This document shows positions 8,025 to 16,828 of a DNA stretch of 24,022 nucleotides, in pieces (position 1 is the first letter of the stretch; every line of letters begins with the position of its first letter). The notes beneath the pieces were generated by a model that was not told the DNA's origin, made no database searches, and saw nothing but the letters and a program-made list of their open reading frames with translations. A program made the position numbers and the translations under genes. This DNA comes from Candidatus Altiarchaeota archaeon (GTDB taxonomy: Archaea > Altiarchaeota > Altiarchaeia > IMC4 > SCGC-AAA252-I15), in the NCBI GenBank assembly GCA_043800255.1, contig JAZDNF010000002.1, positions 1 through 24,022 on the forward strand, written 5' to 3'.

Positions 8025-8509
8025 ATCGACTCTATGAGCAGGAACTTCTTCCTGCTGCATATGCTCTCCAAAACGCCGTTAAGCTCCTTCAGCTGTCCGT
8101 TGTCCACGTCAACATTCAGCAGCACAGACGACTTCTCGTCAGGCGACGGCATCACAACGTCGATGTCAGACACCATACCCACCTTGTTTATCCTGTCTAT
8201 CGTATCCTGGACGTCGGTATCTATGACATGGCCGACGAGTATAAAGGACCTGCTCTCCCTTGAATAGTACCTCTTGCCTTCCACGTTTATCTCAGATATC
8301 CTAACCCTCTCCTTCTTCAGCTCCTTTTTCATGATGTCCAGAGACTGGACGTCCTTGACCTTGAAGTTTATCTGAACGTCAACCGTGTCTTTCTTTCCCC
8401 TCGTGTGAACGACGTTGACTATGTTGCCTCCGTGCGACGATATCGGTTCCAACGCCCTCAGCAGGCTTCCCGGCACGTCCTTCAACTGTAATCGCATGAA
8501 AACTTTCAT
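8021..8509 (-). CDS. ACT-domain protein, probable allosteric regulator of homoserine dehydrogenase
   Basis: LKDVPGSLLRALEPIS.HGGNIVNVVH ACT signature and FILVGHVIDTD; coupled directly upstream of hom, as in many euryarchaea. Confidence 0.88.
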   Translation of the reverse strand: MKVFMRLQLKDVPGSLLRALEPISSHGGNIVNVVHTRGKKDTVDVQINFKVKDVQSLDIMKKELKKERVRISEINVEGKRYYSRESRSFILVGHVIDTDVQDTIDRINKVGMVSDIDVVMPSPDEKSSVLLNVDVDNGQLKELNGVLESICSRKKFLLIESI

Positions 8510-8556
8510 TTTTCCCAAGGTATTTATTAGCATTGTCGTCTTAAAAGTTAGGTAAC
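8510..8556. promoter_or_regulatory. Compact divergent promoter (ACT-hom operon / topA-nurA)
   Basis: 47-nt AT-rich gap; TATTTATTA at 8521-8529 lies about 30 nt before the topA ATG, and CTTTTAAG on the minus strand (8540-8547) lies about 30 nt before the ACT ATG. Confidence 0.5.
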
Positions 8557-10578
8557 ATGACAACGCTCATCATCACCGAGAAGCCGAAAGTCGCGGAGAG
8601 AATCGCGAACTCAATAGGCAGCCCGAAGAAGAACTCGAAGAGGGGAGCGCCCTACTATGAGGTGGGCGACACCCTAATCGCTCCAGTAGTGGGCCACGTC
8701 TACAGCCTCACGGAGAAGAATCCAGGCAAGTGGGAGTACCCTGTCTTCGACATCGAGTGGAGGCCATCCTACGAGGTTGACAAATCATCCGACTTCTCGA
8801 AGAGCTACCTGCAGAACGTCAAAGAGCTGGCGAAAAAATGCGACCACATCATCAACAGCTGCGACTACGACATCGAGGGCGAAGTCATAGGATACAATGT
8901 CATAAAGTTCGCCTGCAATGTCAACCCATCATCCGACAAAGTCATGAGGATGAAATACTCCACCCTGACGAAGGAGTCGATATCAAAAGCATACGGCAAC
9001 CTGCAGAAGTGCGACATGAACCTGGCCGAAGCCGGGCTGGCGAGGCACATGCTCGACTGGTACTGGGGCATAAACATGTCACGGGCGTTAAGCCTCTCCC
9101 TGAGAAGGGTCGGCAGGTACGCGACCCTCAGCGTCGGCAGGGTCCAGGGGCCGACGCTGAAGTTCCTCGCAGTGACAGAGAAGAAGATCAGGGAGTTCAA
9201 GCCTGAAACCTACTGGCAGCTGGAGCTGGTCCTGATAAAGGACAGCGCACTCTTCTCCGCCTTCCACATAAAGGACAAGTTCCTGGACAAGGACGAGGTC
9301 CTGAGGATAAAAGAAAAATGCGGCAGCAAGGCCAAAGTCGTCGACCTGAAGAAGAGCAGGATAAAGCAGAAGCCTCCGACGCCGTTCGACCTCACGACAC
9401 TGCAGACCGAAGCCTACAGGTGCCTTAAGATAGACCCCAGGAGGACGCTGCAAATAGCACAGGATCTCTACATTGAAGCGTACATCAGCTACCCGAGGAC
9501 CGCTTCAGAGCAGCTGCCGCCTGACATAGACTGCAGAAAGATCATAAACTCGTTGAAAGCGATGGCCTCGGTAAGGCCTCTCGCAGAGAGCCTTCTCGCA
9601 AAGAAGAGCCTCAAGCCCAACAACGGGAAAAAGACCGACCCCGCGCACCCTGCCATCCACCCAACGGGAGAGATTCCGACAGGGCTTGACGGGGCGCACA
9701 AGGACATATACGAGCTCATAGTCCACCGGTTCCTGGCAACGTTCGGAGACGACGCCGTCAGGGAGAGCGTCACAGTTGAATTCGACAACAACGGAGAACA
9801 GTTCATAGCGAAAGGCATAACAACCGTCGTCAGAGGATGGCATGAGCTCTACGGCAGGTTCTTAAAACTGGAAGAGGAGCTGCTCCCGCAACTTGCTATG
9901 GGCGAGGAGCTCGACGTCAAAGATATCAACCTCCTTGAGAAGGAGACGAAGCCGCCGAAAAGATACACTCCGGCCTCCATAATACGGAAGATGGAGAAGG
10001 AGAACATCGGCACCAAGGCTACGAGGGCCAACATAGTCGACATACTGTACAAGAGAGGCTATGTTACGGGTTCGACGATAGAGGTCACCGAACTAGGCTT
10101 GAGAGTGGTCGACACCCTCAACAGGTTCTGCCCCGAGGTGGTGAATATAAAATTGACCAGGGAGTTCGAGGAGAGGATGGAGGACATACAGAACGGCAAG
10201 ACCGATTCGAGGCAGATAATCAGCGAGGGAAAGGCCACGATAGAGCGGATATCGGCAGAGTTCAAGTCCCATGAGAAGGAGATAGGAAAATCCCTCAGGG
10301 ATTCCATACTCTCAGCGCAGAAGGCGAAGGACACGCTCGGAGGGTGCATAAAATGCGACGGAAGCATGGTCATGAGAACGTCAAAGAACGGTCAGCAGTT
10401 CGTCGGCTGCGACAACTACCCGAACTGCACGTTCACGATGTCGCTCCCCAAGGGCAAGATAAAAAAGGCGGGAGAGTGCAAACAGTGCGGTTACGCCGTG
10501 CTCCAGGTTTCCGGCAGGAAGCCATGGCGGTTCTGCGCTAACCCCCACTGTCCGACAAAGAAGAATGCGACACTATAA
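8557..10578 (+). CDS. topA: DNA topoisomerase I (type IA, archaeal) with C-terminal Zn-ribbons
   Basis: Toprim motifs IITEKP and DYDIEGE, SVGRVQGPTL, catalytic ISYPRT, AHPAIHPT, IGTKATRANI; C-terminal CxxC...C..YP.C and CxxC...CANPHC. Confidence 0.97.
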   Translation: MTTLIITEKPKVAERIANSIGSPKKNSKRGAPYYEVGDTLIAPVVGHVYSLTEKNPGKWEYPVFDIEWRPSYEVDKSSDFSKSYLQNVKELAKKCDHIINSCDYDIEGEVIGYNVIKFACNVNPSSDKVMRMKYSTLTKESISKAYGNLQKCDMNLAEAGLARHMLDWYWGINMSRALSLSLRRVGRYATLSVGRVQGPTLKFLAVTEKKIREFKPETYWQLELVLIKDSALFSAFHIKDKFLDKDEVLRIKEKCGSKAKVVDLKKSRIKQKPPTPFDLTTLQTEAYRCLKIDPRRTLQIAQDLYIEAYISYPRTASEQLPPDIDCRKIINSLKAMASVRPLAESLLAKKSLKPNNGKKTDPAHPAIHPTGEIPTGLDGAHKDIYELIVHRFLATFGDDAVRESVTVEFDNNGEQFIAKGITTVVRGWHELYGRFLKLEEELLPQLAMGEELDVKDINLLEKETKPPKRYTPASIIRKMEKENIGTKATRANIVDILYKRGYVTGSTIEVTELGLRVVDTLNRFCPEVVNIKLTREFEERMEDIQNGKTDSRQIISEGKATIERISAEFKSHEKEIGKSLRDSILSAQKAKDTLGGCIKCDGSMVMRTSKNGQQFVGCDNYPNCTFTMSLPKGKIKKAGECKQCGYAVLQVSGRKPWRFCANPHCPTKKNATL

Positions 10579-11560
10579 CCTGTGGCTTGAGAAGTACAAC
10601 AGGAAGAGGGATGAGCTGCTGAGCGAGCTTGAAGCCCACGGCAGGCATATATCCAAGCTGAAAGGCAGCCTGCCGCTTGAAAAGCTTTTCCATGAGATAC
10701 CAGACTCCGGCGGGGAATATGGAAAGTACTGTTTCGTCGACGGCGGCGAGGGCATCAGAGAGCTTGTCGGATGCAGCGTCTACTTCATAAAATCGTCAGG
10801 CCTTGTGATGGAAAAAGACAGGAAAGACAGCCACAAGTTCGTGAGAGAGCTGGACATGGGAATCCTGGGCTATGATGACTACACCAAGGACAGGGTCGAG
10901 CTCATGAGGGATGCTATGGAATTCTCAACAGCAGTAAAATGCATCAGAGAACACCAGCCTGGAATGCTCTTCCTAGACGGCTCACTCTACGTGAAAGCCA
11001 ACAGAGCCAGGGTGAATTGCCCGGAGTTCGAAACTTATGTCAAAAAGTTCTCAGAGCTCATAGGGTTGTGCAGGGCTGAGGGCATCAAGCTTGTAGGCGT
11101 CTCAGAGGATTCCAAATCCAGGATATTCAAGCAGTACATCGAGTCAACATGCAACGTGAAATTTCCTGAGTTCATAACAGACCCGACGCTGCTGGAACTC
11201 CTGGCATCAAAGGCTAATGAAGTGTTCGTGACTGAAAAATTCGTTCCCCATTCTGAACACTTCACCTCTCCTACAGTATACATCAAGCCCACCAGGGTTT
11301 CAACGCCCCTGAGGGTGGATGTCCTGGACGGCGAGAAGGACTTCGACGGCATCATAAAAACGATAGTAGACCTGAGCAGAGGCTCTAGAGGCTACGGCTA
11401 CCCTCTGCCGCTGTACCTGGTACACCTTGATGCCAGAATCGAGAGAAAACATGCGGACTGGAGCGTTAATCAGATGGTGAACTACATACGCAGGAAGAAC
11501 CAGACGCTCTGGAACGCCCTGCTGAAGAAGAGGCGGCGGGAATCCCGCCCTGGGGAATGA
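10565..11560 (+). CDS. nurA: NurA-family 5'-3' nuclease
   Basis: FVDGG, LFLDGSL, LVGVSEDS, TD..LL and GYPLPLYLVHLDARI motifs; overlaps the topA 3' end by 14 nt. Confidence 0.88.
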   Translation: MRHYNLWLEKYNRKRDELLSELEAHGRHISKLKGSLPLEKLFHEIPDSGGEYGKYCFVDGGEGIRELVGCSVYFIKSSGLVMEKDRKDSHKFVRELDMGILGYDDYTKDRVELMRDAMEFSTAVKCIREHQPGMLFLDGSLYVKANRARVNCPEFETYVKKFSELIGLCRAEGIKLVGVSEDSKSRIFKQYIESTCNVKFPEFITDPTLLELLASKANEVFVTEKFVPHSEHFTSPTVYIKPTRVSTPLRVDVLDGEKDFDGIIKTIVDLSRGSRGYGYPLPLYLVHLDARIERKHADWSVNQMVNYIRRKNQTLWNALLKKRRRESRPGE

Positions 11561-11623
11561 TTCCACCCTTTTTATACCCTTGACTTTTAATAGTTTATTA
11601 TAACCCGCAGGGGTTGCCCTAAA
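11561..11623 (+). promoter_or_regulatory. Putative oligo-T terminator followed by a TATA-like promoter for the surface-protein operon
   Basis: CCCTTTTTATA just after the nurA stop, then TTTTAATA/TTTATTTATA about 22-39 nt upstream of ATG 11624. Confidence 0.4.
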
Positions 11624-14600
11624 ATGCCAGTCAGAAGACGAGAGGAGGAGCAGACTTCCAGCAGCATGCTACTACCACTCGTCCTCGTCCTACTGATTCT
11701 TGCATATTATACTACTGGCATAAACTACTCAATAGCGGCAGACGACAACGCAAACCAGGCAGGGTGTGCTTCTGGAATTGAAAACTGCGATACCGGAGGC
11801 GCCGGAGGCACATGTAATACCGCAGACTGTGTGACAGCTTACGGATTCAATTGCGACGCAGATGGTCTATTCGAGTCTGGAAACCAGTACTGCTGCGGAG
11901 ACGATTCGAGCGAGAGTTATAAGGCGTCAACCGCGGCCGTGAACGTTTCAAGCTACTCTGACGACACGGACGCATGCTGTGACACTAGTACGGACTGCTG
12001 TGACAACAATGCATGCACTGCAAACAACGCCGCGAAGGACATCACCGGGGCAACTGGCACAGACGATGATGCATTCTGCTCCAGCAGTACTTGGATAGAC
12101 TGCGACACAAGCTCGACAACATGCACAGCATGTGACACTGCAGGGTCTTACCCGTGCACTGGTGCTGGCTGTTGGATAGTGGGAGGGGAATCAGCAGCAT
12201 TTGGCGAATATGATTCAGGCACGGCGACAGAATGCTGCGGAGACGATACAAACGAGTTTTTTATCACAGACAGCGTGGACGCCGGAGCCTGCTGCAATTT
12301 AGTCACCGATTGCGAAAGCGGTGGAACGTGTTATGCCTTGCTAGAGAGCATGCCTGGAGGCAGGATATGTGGCTCATATGGAGGTGGAGGTGGCGATGGT
12401 GGGTGTGCTGAAGTCTATGACAATACTGCTACCTCAGGCACAACAGTGAATACTGAGGATAGTACATGTAATTGTGACGCTACTGGAAGTGACGGGGCTG
12501 CGCCTAACATATGCGATTCAGACCAAGATGAAACAGCCGACGGTATCTGCGTCGACAATGACGGCGACGGAGGGGGGACGACGTTCAGCTGCGACGCAAA
12601 CGAGGTCTGCGACGACGGCACGTACTTTGCTGACGACTGCGGTGACTGCGCCTCAGAGGTGCAATGCGACTCCAATGTAAACTCAGGCGGAACACCATAC
12701 CAGTTCCTGGCTGACGGAATGTGCGGCGAAGCCGATGCTGACGATACAGGCGATGACTGCCTCACGGGAGCAGCATGCAGGGACTCAGAAGACTCAAACC
12801 ACCTGAATGAAGGATGCGAATGCGCGACAGCGATTACGGACTGGGACCCCTATGACTCAGACGGCGGGACAACGTTCTCGGCGAACGGGATATGCATAGG
12901 AAGCACGGCCGACACCTCAGGCGAAGCCTGCCAGAGCGGCAGCAACTACTACAACGACTGCAGCTCCTGCTCGTCAGGAGACGCCTGTGACATGGACATA
13001 ACAAACGGGGCATACAGTGCAGACGGAACCTGCTACTCAGACAGCTGCGTACTCGCCGGCGGAGAGGTGGTAAGCGGCGAATACGGGACAGGAGTTACAG
13101 GAGGGACTGCAATCACCTTCGACAGCGGGAACGAGAATGCTGACTGCGATGCTGTCACAGACCAGGGCTTGGGATGCGACAGAGACGAGAGCGGGGGCGC
13201 AACCGCTGAAGGCATATGCGCGGACGGAGCATGCGAAGTAAGTTTGGTGTCATGCGACTGCGTTGCCGGGACGGCATGCGCGACAACGGACATGACAGAC
13301 GCGAAATGCGCCAACAGCTGCACGGCAGGGAAGGCATGCGACTCAGACGTGGGAAGCAACGGGTTCGAGCAGGACGGCATATGCGAGAATGATGGAACAG
13401 TATCCTGCGACACCTCAGGGCATGTCGTATTCAGCGGAACCTCAACCTATTATGCAGCATGCGCTGACGTAGGCGGAGGGGACTCAGGACACGCCTGCGA
13501 CGGCACTCTGACGGCAGGCAGCTTCCTGCAGGCTGGAATCTGTACTGATGGAACAGCCTGCACGACATCGGGAGCAGCATACGAGTCAGACAACGCTACC
13601 GCAACAGTTGACAGCCTCAAAGCAGGCTGCACTGTGAATGGCGCCCCATGCATCTCAGACGTGACAGCACTCAGCGGAACAGCCGACGAGTCAGACTTCA
13701 ACGGCATATGCATCAGCGATGTATGTGATACAAACGTTGTGGCATGGAACAATGCCACAGGGTGGTCAGGCTCGTGCGCGAGCGTTGAAGGATACTGGTG
13801 CGAAGCACAAGGTGCAGGCGACACTGACAGATTGTTTGATGAAGAAGGCTACTGTGTGGACGACCAATCTGCCACAATAATCTGCTGCGGAGACGATTCC
13901 GGGGAGGACATCGCATCAGGCGAGACAGCAGACCCGGCGGATGTAGGGTTAGACGCTGAATGCGGTTGCTCATCCGATACTGATGAGAACATCTGCCACT
14001 CTGACGCTAACGGGACATTCACGCCAGATGGAATCTGCGCAAAAGACGCAACGAACGCATGGGACTGCGACGTGAACGAGGTCTGCGACGACGGCACTGA
14101 CACCAGAGCCGACTGCGCCCAATGCGACAGCCTGGATTCATGCTGGTCAGACGTCAATGGAAGCGCCTATGACACCTACAAGAATGGGGTATGCTCAGGC
14201 TCAGACTGCTGCACGCAGTTCATCAGAGGCAGCACAACAACCAACCTTGACGCATGCGGTATAGAGGCAACAGTCTGCGGCGCAGGTTTCGGGGGGAAGT
14301 ACTGTGACGACATATCTGACGGCACAGTCAGCTGGGGCGATACCGAGGAGACCAACAAATACAGATGCGATGAGTCTGAGACACAGTGCATACTCTGCGG
14401 CAATGACAATGCAGAGGCTGCAGGCTCAGGAAACCTTACCGGGACGAATGGCGAATGCGATGCAGCCTGCGGAGCGCCGACAGCGTGTGATGACCTTGAC
14501 TCCGGCACGGTAAGCGGTTCAGCCTGCTGTTACACACCGTCAGGAGGCGACTGCTCATCGCAGACGTGCATGTGCACAGAGGCGACACTATTGGATTCCA

Positions 14601-15883
14601 ATGACACCTGTTGTTACAATCCGACAGACTACTGCAGCGCTACGACAGGATGCACTAACACGACGGAGACATGCAGGGACTTCTGCGTCAACGACAATGA
14701 CGGAGGAGACTGCACGCAATCCCGCACTGACCCGACGAACAACGACACATGCTATCACAGTGAATCCTGCTCAGACAGCGGCTGCGCTTACAGCAGCAGC
14801 GCAACACTGTCGGCGAACACGTGCGATTACTGCAGTGCGACAGGCAAGGTTTCAGGAGACAACGCTCCTGCCCTGAGCAGCACCTGCGATTCAACATCAC
14901 ACTGCCCCAACTCTGGAACAAGGTACTGGGATGAGACTACAAGCAGGGCCGACGACTGCTGGGGCTTGAACGGTACAACAAAGATCAACACCGAAAACTA
15001 TCAGACCGGCTACATCTGCGCAGACCAGACTGTGGCCTGCTCATGCAACAACGCCGAATGCAGGTACGACTGCCAGGAGAGCGGATACGGCAGGGGGACA
15101 TGCACAAGCGGAGTCTGCGAGTGCAACAGCCCGCCGACACTCGGCGTCATAACATCGTCAGATGACGTCACGCCAACATACAACGCGTCCACTATTGTAA
15201 GGTGCAATGTGACGGTGACCGACGTTGACGGATACGATGACGTGGCAGTCGGTGGAGCGGTCAGAGGGGTCATCTGGCACTCAACATCAACATTCGGGTC
15301 AGTTGATGAGCTGCAGACGCACTATTCCAACAGCAGCTGCGGCCAACTGGCGAATGACGGGCTCAACTCCATCAACTACTCCTGCACATTCTACCTCAGA
15401 TGGTATGCCAACCCCGGCGAGTGGACATGCGCGATAAACGTGTCAGACCGCTTCAGCTCAAACGTCTCCAACTCCAAGGAAGACATAACAATAGCGTCGT
15501 TCAAGGGCATCGGAGCGCAGAATACCCTGGCGTTTGGGACGATGGGTCCTGGAGACGTTACCGCCCTCGGCAGGGAAGCCTCGCTTCAGGTCACCAACCA
15601 GGGAACAACAGAGGCTGACGTGCAATTGAGCGTCGGAGGAGATTTATACTGTGCAGTAGGCACGATACCCTCATCGAACATACACTATGATACGAGCAGC
15701 AAAGCCTACGCCAGCATGTGCGCAATGGGCTCATCCTGCCCGGCGGTCGAGGAGCAGTTCGACCTAAGGACAAGGAACAGCGCGGATACGTCAGACCCCT
15801 CGGAAACACTGTATTTTGGGATACACATACCGATAGGTGTGTCTGGCACGTGCACAACATCAGTGACGGTAACACAAGTCTAG
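11624..15883 (+). CDS. Giant secreted Cys/Asp/Gly-rich repeat protein with C-terminal pilin/WxL-like domain (putative tip adhesin)
   Basis: 1419 aa with an N-terminal hydrophobic signal; about 1130 aa of Cys-rich repeats (CCGDD x3; C.SD...DG(I/M/T/V)C about 10 times); the last 250 aa or so (from about 15125) align by eye with ORFs 17767 and 19850. Confidence 0.8.
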   Translation: MPVRRREEEQTSSSMLLPLVLVLLILAYYTTGINYSIAADDNANQAGCASGIENCDTGGAGGTCNTADCVTAYGFNCDADGLFESGNQYCCGDDSSESYKASTAAVNVSSYSDDTDACCDTSTDCCDNNACTANNAAKDITGATGTDDDAFCSSSTWIDCDTSSTTCTACDTAGSYPCTGAGCWIVGGESAAFGEYDSGTATECCGDDTNEFFITDSVDAGACCNLVTDCESGGTCYALLESMPGGRICGSYGGGGGDGGCAEVYDNTATSGTTVNTEDSTCNCDATGSDGAAPNICDSDQDETADGICVDNDGDGGGTTFSCDANEVCDDGTYFADDCGDCASEVQCDSNVNSGGTPYQFLADGMCGEADADDTGDDCLTGAACRDSEDSNHLNEGCECATAITDWDPYDSDGGTTFSANGICIGSTADTSGEACQSGSNYYNDCSSCSSGDACDMDITNGAYSADGTCYSDSCVLAGGEVVSGEYGTGVTGGTAITFDSGNENADCDAVTDQGLGCDRDESGGATAEGICADGACEVSLVSCDCVAGTACATTDMTDAKCANSCTAGKACDSDVGSNGFEQDGICENDGTVSCDTSGHVVFSGTSTYYAACADVGGGDSGHACDGTLTAGSFLQAGICTDGTACTTSGAAYESDNATATVDSLKAGCTVNGAPCISDVTALSGTADESDFNGICISDVCDTNVVAWNNATGWSGSCASVEGYWCEAQGAGDTDRLFDEEGYCVDDQSATIICCGDDSGEDIASGETADPADVGLDAECGCSSDTDENICHSDANGTFTPDGICAKDATNAWDCDVNEVCDDGTDTRADCAQCDSLDSCWSDVNGSAYDTYKNGVCSGSDCCTQFIRGSTTTNLDACGIEATVCGAGFGGKYCDDISDGTVSWGDTEETNKYRCDESETQCILCGNDNAEAAGSGNLTGTNGECDAACGAPTACDDLDSGTVSGSACCYTPSGGDCSSQTCMCTEATLLDSNDTCCYNPTDYCSATTGCTNTTETCRDFCVNDNDGGDCTQSRTDPTNNDTCYHSESCSDSGCAYSSSATLSANTCDYCSATGKVSGDNAPALSSTCDSTSHCPNSGTRYWDETTSRADDCWGLNGTTKINTENYQTGYICADQTVACSCNNAECRYDCQESGYGRGTCTSGVCECNSPPTLGVITSSDDVTPTYNASTIVRCNVTVTDVDGYDDVAVGGAVRGVIWHSTSTFGSVDELQTHYSNSSCGQLANDGLNSINYSCTFYLRWYANPGEWTCAINVSDRFSSNVSNSKEDITIASFKGIGAQNTLAFGTMGPGDVTALGREASLQVTNQGTTEADVQLSVGGDLYCAVGTIPSSNIHYDTSSKAYASMCAMGSSCPAVEEQFDLRTRNSADTSDPSETLYFGIHIPIGVSGTCTTSVTVTQV
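12589..12621 (+). repeat. Internal repeat CD(A/V)NEVCDDG, copy 1 (copy 2 at 14065..14097)
   Basis: 31 of 33 nt identical between the two copies. Confidence 0.85.
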
Positions 15884-15887
15884 GAAC

Positions 15888-16820
15888 ATGAAGAGAGGAC
15901 TCACGATTTTGGCTGTGATGGCGCTGGTCATCGGGCAATACTCTGTTTCAGCCAACAGCATCGGCGCAGGCCCTGCGACGATAATCTTCAGGGACATGAT
16001 GGCAGGCCAGACCTGGGATGAGACTATAACAGTAAGCAACGGAGGGCATGAAACGCTTAAGACTTCAATATCGGTCTCAGGGCTTCCGGATGGCTGGATT
16101 ACATTGGAGCCTGAAGACGGTCAGACTGATGTCAGCAAGGAATTCACGCTCAGCTCAAACGAGCCTCTAAGAATAAAAGCTAATCTCGATCTGCCTGAAG
16201 GTGTCGAAGCTGGAGTCTACCAGGGAACAGTAGTGATAAAATCAAAGCCAGCGGAGGCTTCAGGGTCAGGCATAGTGATGGGGGTCGGAGTGAGCCTCAG
16301 CCTGGACGTCATCGTCAACGTAACGAACGTTCCAAAGAGGGAGGCGAAAGGACTGTACATAGTAGCCTACAATGGGAAGAAGGATGATACGATACTCCTA
16401 GAGTGCACGTTCGAGAACACGGGAAACGTTGACATCATGCCAGAACTGCAATACAACTTACAGGACAGGAATGGCGATTCAATAGGCAGCGGGACGATAG
16501 CATTCACGCTTCCAAGGGCGAGGGGCTCACAGACGTTCAAGAACCAGATAATCGTGAACTCGTCTAAGACAGGAGAATACATGATAGACGTGAGAGCCTA
16601 TCTGGACAATAAGACAATATACGTGGAGTCAAAATACTTTAACATATACGAGGTGACCACTCTCGGAACAACGATGCCGACCACTGTCATAAGCGTGCCG
16701 ACGACGTCCATCCTACCGCCGACCCCAACCGCCGGATGGGGTAGGGGCTACCTGGTTTATGCAGGAATCTTGGCCATAGTCCTGGTTGTAGTCTATGCTT
16801 TAAGTAAGAGAAAAAAGTAA
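15888..16820 (+). CDS. Membrane-anchored Ig-like protein, paralog 1 (chaperone/DUF916-like)
   Basis: Signal peptide; mature start SIGAGPATIIF; YQGTVVI..P, GVGVSLSLDVIVNV, FENTGNV; Thr/Pro linker; C-terminal TM and basic tail. Confidence 0.7.
   Translation: MKRGLTILAVMALVIGQYSVSANSIGAGPATIIFRDMMAGQTWDETITVSNGGHETLKTSISVSGLPDGWITLEPEDGQTDVSKEFTLSSNEPLRIKANLDLPEGVEAGVYQGTVVIKSKPAEASGSGIVMGVGVSLSLDVIVNVTNVPKREAKGLYIVAYNGKKDDTILLECTFENTGNVDIMPELQYNLQDRNGDSIGSGTIAFTLPRARGSQTFKNQIIVNSSKTGEYMIDVRAYLDNKTIYVESKYFNIYEVTTLGTTMPTTVISVPTTSILPPTPTAGWGRGYLVYAGILAIVLVVVYALSKRKK
15958..16021 (+). repeat. 64-bp exact direct repeat, copy 1
   Basis: GCATCGGCGCAGGCCCTGCGACGATAATCTTCAGGGACATGATGGCAGGCCAGACCTGGGATGA, identical to 16899..16962. 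Confidence 0.95.
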
Positions 16821-16828
16821 TTCTTATC

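Noticed and set aside
5860-8267. Plus-strand ORFs (for example 6361..6903, 6564..7004, 7564..7944, 7890..8267)
   Set aside because: Antisense shadows of ggr, ferredoxin, hom and ACT, with no motifs.
11624-15883. Multiheme cytochrome or polyferredoxin
   Set aside because: No CxxCH motifs and no CxxCxxCxxxCP series; the secretion signal favours disulfides.
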